DNA of 64,000 bases from positions 6,570,791 through 6,634,790 of the forward strand of contig OZ244175.1 in the NCBI GenBank assembly GCA_965216535.1, given 5' to 3'. Positions within the stretch are counted from its first letter, which is position 1. Every line of letters begins with the position of its first letter. This DNA is from Hoeflea sp. (GTDB lineage Bacteria > Pseudomonadota > Alphaproteobacteria > Rhizobiales > Rhizobiaceae). The translations under genes were made by a program, and so were the position numbers. Under the pieces are notes generated by a model. It was not told the origin of the DNA. It saw nothing but the letters and a program-made list of their open reading frames with translations, and ran no database searches. Below, one piece after another: positions 58,279 to 64,000 of the stretch.

Positions 58279-59372
58279 TGGCGGGGCTGTTCGAACGGGT
58301 CGGACGCCGCGCCCTGTTCACGCTCGATCCCGAACTTGCCCATGGGCTGTCGATCCGCGCTCTGCGGTCCGGCCTGGTTCCTTCCTGTTCCGTCAAGGCC
58401 AACCCGAAACTGGCTGTCGAAGCCGCCGGCATGCGTTTCGACAACCCGCTCGGCATTGCGGCCGGCTATGACAAGAATGGCGAGGTTCCCGACGCGCTGC
58501 TTCGGCTTGGGTTTGCTTTCGCCGAGATCGGCTCCGTTACCCCACGACCACAACAAGGCAATCCGCGTCCGAGGATTTTTCGTCTTTCAGAAGATCGTGC
58601 GGTCATCAACCGCCTGGGATTCAATAACGATGGCCATGATGCGGTTCTGAAGCGTCTGCAGCATTGCCGCCGCACACCCGGCCGGCACATCGGCGTTAAT
58701 GTCGGCGCCAACAAGGATTCGGACGACCGTATCGCCGATTACGCTCTGGGTATCGACGTCTTCTATGACGTCGCCGACTATTTCACCGTCAACATCTCCT
58801 CGCCGAATACGCCGGGCTTGCGGGATCTGCACGCCCGCGACAACCTGGCCGCACTGATGGAAGCCGTGTGCGAAGCGCGGGAACGGAAAATTGCGGACGG
58901 TAAGCAGCGCCGCGCCCTCTTTCTCAAGATCGCGCCCGACCTCGGCGAGGAGGAGATGGACGAGCTCGCCGAGGAAATACGACTGCACCCGCTCGACGGC
59001 ACCATCGTTTCCAACACAACGCTTGCGCGCCAGGGCCTGGCGAGCCGCCACGCCGGCGAAGCCGGCGGCCTCTCCGGTGCGCCACTGTTTGAGCGTTCAA
59101 CGGTGGTTCTCGCCCGGATGCGGCAGCGGCTCGGTCCCGAGCACGCGCTGATTGGACTGGGTGGTGTCGACGGCGGTCGGACAACGCTGGAAAAGATTCG
59201 CGCCGGCGCAGATCTGGTGCAGCTCTACACGGGCTTCATCTATGAAGGGCCGGGGCTGATCGGCCGCATGCTGGATGAATTGTCTGGTCTTGTCGCGCAA
59301 GAAAATATTGCTTCGATCGCCGATCTCAGGGACAGCGCCGTCGATGAATGGGCTGCGAAGTCGCTTCCGTAG
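58278..59372 (+). CDS. pyrD: Dihydroorotate dehydrogenase (quinone), class 2
   Basis: AAGYDKNG, GNPRPRIFR, NRLGFNN, NISSPNTPGLR, LKIAPD, GGLSG. Confidence 0.96.
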   Translation: MAGLFERVGRRALFTLDPELAHGLSIRALRSGLVPSCSVKANPKLAVEAAGMRFDNPLGIAAGYDKNGEVPDALLRLGFAFAEIGSVTPRPQQGNPRPRIFRLSEDRAVINRLGFNNDGHDAVLKRLQHCRRTPGRHIGVNVGANKDSDDRIADYALGIDVFYDVADYFTVNISSPNTPGLRDLHARDNLAALMEAVCEARERKIADGKQRRALFLKIAPDLGEEEMDELAEEIRLHPLDGTIVSNTTLARQGLASRHAGEAGGLSGAPLFERSTVVLARMRQRLGPEHALIGLGGVDGGRTTLEKIRAGADLVQLYTGFIYEGPGLIGRMLDELSGLVAQENIASIADLRDSAVDEWAAKSLP

Positions 59373-59380
59373 CAGGAGAG

Positions 59381-60757
59381 TCAGCCAGCGGTTCCCGATT
59401 GAAAGACGGAGGCAGCCCGCCGCCCAAGGAGGCCATAGAGCGTGATGCCCCGCATCCCCAGAAAGGCCAGCAGCGCGATCCAGAGGCCATGATTGCCGAC
59501 AAACGGCACCAGGACCCATGCCAAAACGATGAACAGCGCCAGCGAAAGCAACATCATGTTGCGCATGTCGCGGGACCAGGTGGCGCCGATATAGACGCCG
59601 TCCATCTGGAAGGCCAAAACGCCGGCCAAGGCCGTCAGCGCGGCCCAGATCATGTAAACACGTGCCGCGTCGCGCACCTCCTGCGAGGTTGTCAGGAAAT
59701 CAATGACGAAGGGTCCCAACACCAGGAAGAATAGGGTCGTTATGACGGCCAGGAAAAAGCCCCAGAGAACCGTGAGACGGACGGCGCGGTCGAAGGCCGG
59801 CCTGTAGCGTGCACCAATGGCCCGGCCCGCCAGTTGCTCGGCGGCAGCGGCAAAGCCATCCAGGTAATAGCCGGCGACAAGGAAGAAATTCATCAGAACC
59901 GCGTTGGCGGCCAGCGTCACCGGGCCGAACTGCCCGCCCTGGCGAACAAACAACGCAAAGGTCGCGATCAGCGCGAAGGACCGGATCATGATATCGCGGT
60001 TCAGCGACATCAGCTGACCAAGCGATTGCCTGTGGAAGATGCGTCGCCAATCGGGCGCCTGCGTAGCCTGAGTGGTGAGCCTGACATAGGCAACACCGGC
60101 AATCAGCCCGACGGTTTCGCCGATTACCGTTGCCCAGGCGACGCCGACGATGCCCCATCCCAGATAGAGGCCGAAGAGCACCGACAGGACGATGTTGGTG
60201 CCGTTGATCAGACTTTGCAGCAGCAGAGCGGTCATCCCCTCGCCGCGTCCGAGCACGAAGCCGAGAACGGCATAGTTGGCCAAACCGGCCGGTGCCGACA
60301 CGATGCGGATCGAGAAATAGAGTTGCGTCGCCTCGCTCACTGCCGGGCCAGGCGCCATGGCCCAGATGCCGACAGCCAGGATCGCTGGCGACAACAGCAG
60401 CAGAATTGCGCCGCTGGCGAGACCGATGAGCAGCGAACGCCAGTAGACGGCCTGCTGTTCGGTCTCATCGCCGCGGCCAAAGGCCTGGGAAACCAGCCCA
60501 GTCGTTGCCGAGCGCAGGAAGTTGAACGTTGCAAAGATGAGATCGAAGAGGATGGCACCGACGGCCAGTCCGCCTATCAGCGCCGGGTCACCAAGCCGGC
60601 CGACCACCGCCATGTCCACCAGGCCGAGCAGCGGCGTGGTCAGATAGGCAAGCGTCATGGGAACGGCGATCGACAGGACCAGGCGGTGGGTCACCGAAAA
60701 GGATCGCGGGCTGGTTGCAGCCGCCGACTCGGATTCGGCAGGATGGGCGTTCGACAT
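59381..60757 (-). CDS. MATE efflux protein (DinF-like)
   Basis: PLLGLVDMAVVG, FNFLRSATTG, LDGFAAAAE, QMDGVYIG. Confidence 0.92.
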   Translation of the reverse strand: MSNAHPAESESAAATSPRSFSVTHRLVLSIAVPMTLAYLTTPLLGLVDMAVVGRLGDPALIGGLAVGAILFDLIFATFNFLRSATTGLVSQAFGRGDETEQQAVYWRSLLIGLASGAILLLLSPAILAVGIWAMAPGPAVSEATQLYFSIRIVSAPAGLANYAVLGFVLGRGEGMTALLLQSLINGTNIVLSVLFGLYLGWGIVGVAWATVIGETVGLIAGVAYVRLTTQATQAPDWRRIFHRQSLGQLMSLNRDIMIRSFALIATFALFVRQGGQFGPVTLAANAVLMNFFLVAGYYLDGFAAAAEQLAGRAIGARYRPAFDRAVRLTVLWGFFLAVITTLFFLVLGPFVIDFLTTSQEVRDAARVYMIWAALTALAGVLAFQMDGVYIGATWSRDMRNMMLLSLALFIVLAWVLVPFVGNHGLWIALLAFLGMRGITLYGLLGRRAASVFQSGTAG

Positions 60758-60836
60758 GAAGCTGGGCCTGTTCCGCGATCGCGGGATGGACGATGTGGCC
60801 GGTTGAAACGAACCGGCGACACAATTGCCCGGCTAT

Positions 60837-61103
60837 TTAGCGTCGATAGCTCAGCACGCGCAAGACCAGGAACACCGGTACGACGACGATGGCCCCCAGC
60901 AGCAGGTAATCGCCGAAGCGGCCGAGCGCGGCAAATCCCTTTTCCCAGACGTTCACGGCGAAGTCGCGCACCGCATAGACGATGTCCATCGGATACCAGT
61001 TGAAGGCGCTCATCACGGCGCCAACGATGAACGAGATCACCACCAGCTTGACCAGTGTGCGCCCCGGCGAATCGCCCAGAAACCGTGTCACTCTGCCCGA
61101 CAT
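60837..61103 (-). CDS. Small membrane protein (DUF6460-like)
   Basis: FLGDSPGRTLVKL..YLLLGA..VP pattern; GGAG RBS. Confidence 0.75.
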   Translation of the reverse strand: MSGRVTRFLGDSPGRTLVKLVVISFIVGAVMSAFNWYPMDIVYAVRDFAVNVWEKGFAALGRFGDYLLLGAIVVVPVFLVLRVLSYRR

Positions 61104-61257
61104 GCGCCGTCTCCAAGAATCATTCTCGGCCTTAGGTAATGATTGATCGCGCAGGGATCAACCGGACCTCGGGAGCGTGCCACAGGCACATCTGACAGAT
61201 TGACTTGGAACTGCATGAGACCGAGGGTGGCGAAACAGTTTGCCGATCGGAGAAACC

Positions 61258-62097
61258 ATGCAGGACAGGGAAGAACATGTGGTCGATTTCTATCAGCGTC
61301 ACCCGATTTCGGCCGACCACATTCTGGCGAAGTTGAAATCAGACCGTGGCGACCTGAACAATGTGCGTCCGGAAGAGCTCTACCCTCACGACCAGGATCA
61401 CTATGGCGGTCTCGATGCCAACGAGGCATTGGCCAGTGCTACGCGAATGGGTGCTGGCAAGAAGATAGCCGATTTCTGCGCCGGTCTGGCCGGTCCCGCC
61501 CGATACTGGGCGGTTCGCTACGGTGTCGACGTGACTGGCATCGAATTGACGGCCAACCGAACGGAGGGCGCGAACCAACTGACGCGCCTCGTCGGTCTTG
61601 AAGCCCAGGTGCGGGTGCTACAGGGAGATGTGCTCAATTGTTCCCTGCCTTCCGCGAGCTTCGATGCCGTGGTCAGCCAGGAGGCTTTCCTGCACATTCC
61701 GGACAAGTCAAAGGCAATCGGCCAGGCCTTTCGCATTCTCAAATCGGGCGGCAGGTTCGCCTATTCCGACTGGATCATTCACCGGCCGCTGCAAGACGCC
61801 GATGCCGAGGAGATGTGGCAGGGGATCGCCGCACAGACGCTGCAAACGATTTCGGGCTACAAAACCCTCCTTTCCGATGCCGGCTTTGTCGGCATCGCCG
61901 CCGAAGACCAGACCGCCGCGTGGGCCGATATCCTGGAGAAGCGGCTCGCCATGTTCACCGAACTGCGTGAAGAAGCCCGGCGGACCGGCAGCCCCTCCGG
62001 CGAAGACAAGTTTTATCACAGCTATCGGCGGCTGGTGGACCTGGTGAAGGAACGAACACTCGGTGGCGTGCGCATCAGCGCCGAGAAACCTGCCTAA
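61258..62097 (+). CDS. Class I SAM-dependent methyltransferase (sarcosine/dimethylglycine N-methyltransferase-like)
   Basis: DQDHYGG, DFCAGLAG motif I, GIELT, FDAVVSQEAFLHI, LKSGG. Confidence 0.85.
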   Translation: MQDREEHVVDFYQRHPISADHILAKLKSDRGDLNNVRPEELYPHDQDHYGGLDANEALASATRMGAGKKIADFCAGLAGPARYWAVRYGVDVTGIELTANRTEGANQLTRLVGLEAQVRVLQGDVLNCSLPSASFDAVVSQEAFLHIPDKSKAIGQAFRILKSGGRFAYSDWIIHRPLQDADAEEMWQGIAAQTLQTISGYKTLLSDAGFVGIAAEDQTAAWADILEKRLAMFTELREEARRTGSPSGEDKFYHSYRRLVDLVKERTLGGVRISAEKPA

Positions 62098-62438
62098 ACC
62101 GCTACCCGCACGATCACACCTGCATTGACGACCACGCAGGGTTTGCCGGTCGTTACGTCGATCACCTCCAGCCCGCCTTTGATCACTTTCGGCGTCACTG
62201 TCCCGAAAGGCAGCACCTTGCATACTGTATCCAGATCAATGCTCTCCGGCTGCTGAGCGGCCAGATGCAGGTCGATATGCATGGTCTGCGGATCGATGCC
62301 GAGGCTGCGGAACATGGTCAGTGAGGAATTGCGCACTGCGTCTTCGACCGCACGCACCGCTGCCTTGGTGTAATCGCCGCTGTGCAGGGCGACGCCGGAG
62401 CCCATCTCCAGGGCCACGCGCTTCAATTCGCCGGTCAT
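62094..62438 (-). CDS. Lin0512-family protein (second of a pair)
   Basis: EMGSGVALHSGDYTKAAVRAVEDA, LPFG. Confidence 0.85.
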   Translation of the reverse strand: MTGELKRVALEMGSGVALHSGDYTKAAVRAVEDAVRNSSLTMFRSLGIDPQTMHIDLHLAAQQPESIDLDTVCKVLPFGTVTPKVIKGGLEVIDVTTGKPCVVVNAGVIVRVAV

Positions 62439-62797
62439 TGCGCATCTCCCTGTAGATCCGGAACATCGAGAAATACCGTCAGTACAGCATTGGCCATTAC
62501 CGTGTTGCCGTCGGCGTTTTCGAGCGGAATATCGAGACCGCCTTCTTCGACCGTCACTTCACGCGCTCCATAGGGCAGTACCGCCGCAACGGCGTCCCGG
62601 TCGACAAGATCCGGCCGGGTCACGCCGATGGTGACCTTTACGATGAAATCGTGCTTCGACATGCCGAACGCATCGGCGAACCGGATCCCGTTTCTCCGCA
62701 ACGCATTTTCAACGGCGCGCACTGACGCCTTGGTATAGTCGCCGCCGAGAATGTCGGTGCCCATACCGAATTCCATGATCATGCTTTTTTGAGCCAT
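62435..62797 (-). CDS. Lin0512-family protein (first of a pair)
   Basis: EFGMGTDILGGDYTKASVRAVENA, LPYG, GGL. Confidence 0.85.
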   Translation of the reverse strand: MAQKSMIMEFGMGTDILGGDYTKASVRAVENALRRNGIRFADAFGMSKHDFIVKVTIGVTRPDLVDRDAVAAVLPYGAREVTVEEGGLDIPLENADGNTVMANAVLTVFLDVPDLQGDAQ

Positions 62798-62875
62798 TTG
62801 CTCGCCCCGCTTGCTCTCGAACCATGGTCCAGGTTTCGCCTCGCGATGATCCGCCTGACCGTCGCAAACCGCACA

Positions 62876-63147
62876 TTAGATCAAAGGGCGATAGGTTTGG
62901 ATCATTTGATGGCTGCAGATCGGCTCCACTCGGCCAGGCGCGCCGCGCAGCGCGATGGGGTGCATCGGGCAAGCGGCGCAACGCAGCCGATGGGCCGATA
63001 TGCAGCCACCCTTCGGGCCGGGCGCTTTTGGCCCCTGGCTTCGTTGGCTTGCACTTGCGGTGGGTGGCACCACGGCGAGCAATCCGCCTAGCCAGAGACT
63101 AAAATCGCCACAGTCAAATGGTGCAAACTTATCGCCCTTTGATCTAA
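62876..63147. mobile_element. MITE-like element, copy B (272 bp), inverted relative to copy A
   Basis: Terminal repeats TTAGATCAAAGGGCGATAGG / CTTATCGCCCTTTGATCTAA, TA at both ends. Confidence 0.85.
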
Positions 63148-63386
63148 GCTTCAGTTGATCATGCATCGCACGATCTGACAACCGACGCTTGCAGACGACG
63201 CAACCACACGCAGGTTTGCGAAAGGTGATGTTCACCCTATCCGCGATAATCGACGATTATTTGCTTTGCCGCGAAATGACCCGTTGCGCCGAAAGCTGTC
63301 CTGTGAGCCAATGGGTACGGGCGATCGCGCGGCGGGCGAAGCATCAGCCCCGGCCTGACTCGTCCTCCGCCGGAGGGCGTGTGTGC

Positions 63387-64000
63387 ATGCGAAAGTTTGG
63401 CCTCGTTGCAGTTTCAGCAATTCTGATCGCCGGGTGCGAACCGGTCGATACACTGGGAACGGTCTCGGAAATCCCCGGCCCCCGAACGTCCAACAAAATC
63501 CCTGAGCGCTTCACCACCGGCGTGCCGGATTCAGGCGTCGAACTGGGCATGGGCTGGGATTCGCGCCGCGGCGAAGTCGTGCCCAATCGCTGCATCCATT
63601 TCTCGCCGATCAGTGCGCCCGGCATGGAAATCGAAATGACCCTTTCGGAAGTTTCAGATCAGTCAGAGATCATGGACGCGCTCAATGTCCGGGCCAGCGT
63701 GTCGGTCAAGTCGATCACCGGGTCCGGCAGTGCCAAGGCATCCTTTGCCAAGAAATCCAAGGTCAAGTCGAACGAAACCACGCTGCTGCTGAACGCCAAG
63801 ATCGAAAACGGCGTGCTGTTTGTCGGCCCACCGGCCGCACCGGCGGCTGCCCGCAGGGCATTCCCGCGCGTCAACACGCGGCCTGAACCCGAGGTCTGGC
63901 CGCGTCCGGCGCCGGCTTCGGATGCCATCGTCTTCGACCCGGCGGTCAAGGGACGGCTGACCAACAAGGACAGTTTTCGCGAGCTGTGCGGCGACTATTT
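63387..64000 (+). CDS. Lipoprotein, 3'-truncated by the window, with MACPF-like features (not in ORF track)
   Basis: GGAGGG upstream; MRKFGLVAVSAILIAG-C lipobox. The frame is open to the end of the window and contains LGMGWDSRRG..C and FRELCGDY. Confidence 0.8.
   Translation, partial: MRKFGLVAVSAILIAGCEPVDTLGTVSEIPGPRTSNKIPERFTTGVPDSGVELGMGWDSRRGEVVPNRCIHFSPISAPGMEIEMTLSEVSDQSEIMDALNVRASVSVKSITGSGSAKASFAKKSKVKSNETTLLLNAKIENGVLFVGPPAAPAAARRAFPRVNTRPEPEVWPRPAPASDAIVFDPAVKGRLTNKDSFRELCGDY

Noticed and set aside
62876-63235. 119-aa minus-strand ORF starting MNITFRKPACGCVVC
   Set aside because: Mostly MITE sequence; reconstructing the empty site gave no recognisable protein.
1-64000. CRISPR arrays, rRNA, tRNA, integrases, transposases, prophage genes
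   Set aside because: None seen by eye; dedicated scans (tRNAscan-SE, Infernal, CRISPR finders) were not run.

Overview
High-GC alphaproteobacterial chromosome segment, most likely Hyphomicrobiales/Rhizobiales, judged from hemA, mscL next to a CrbS/PrlS-type two-component pair, the DUF952-pyrD-MATE-DUF6460 block and codon style. Left to right it holds: (1) a catabolic locus of isochorismatase-family hydrolase, M20 amidohydrolase, Liv-type ABC importer, TetR and non-pyrrolysine MttB; (2) two orphan secreted proteins, a SAM-cyclase-STAND-TPR protein and an O-antigen-ligase-like gene; (3) a carotenoid cluster (crtY-crtI-crtB, crtZ, crtE, type 2 idi; zeaxanthin predicted) with an ABC-2 exporter embedded between crtE and crtZ; (4) a MarR / EF-hand-ABM fusion / cytochrome b561 module and a fasciclin gene with an ECF11 (RpoE)-like promoter; (5) ugpBAEC with Pho boxes and a divergent extra ugpE; (6) a minus-strand run of membrane class III cyclase, two unannotated near-identical micro-lipoprotein genes and a 2H phosphoesterase; (7) a structured RNA carrying a small ORF; (8) a second Liv-type importer and hemA with FNR and Irr boxes; (9) an aromatic-acid ABC importer with a CYP199A-like P450, ferredoxin and MarR; (10) aminotransferase, mscL and the CrbS/R-like system; (11) two inverted copies of a ~270-bp TA-flanked MITE, one inserted into a small gene; (12) a truncated lipoprotein with MACPF-like features at the right edge. 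I saw no rRNA, tRNA, CRISPR array or transposase. All family assignments come from motif recognition by eye, not database searches. The strongest novelty candidate is the cyclase / twin micro-lipoprotein / 2H phosphoesterase operon at 33.4-35.7 kb.
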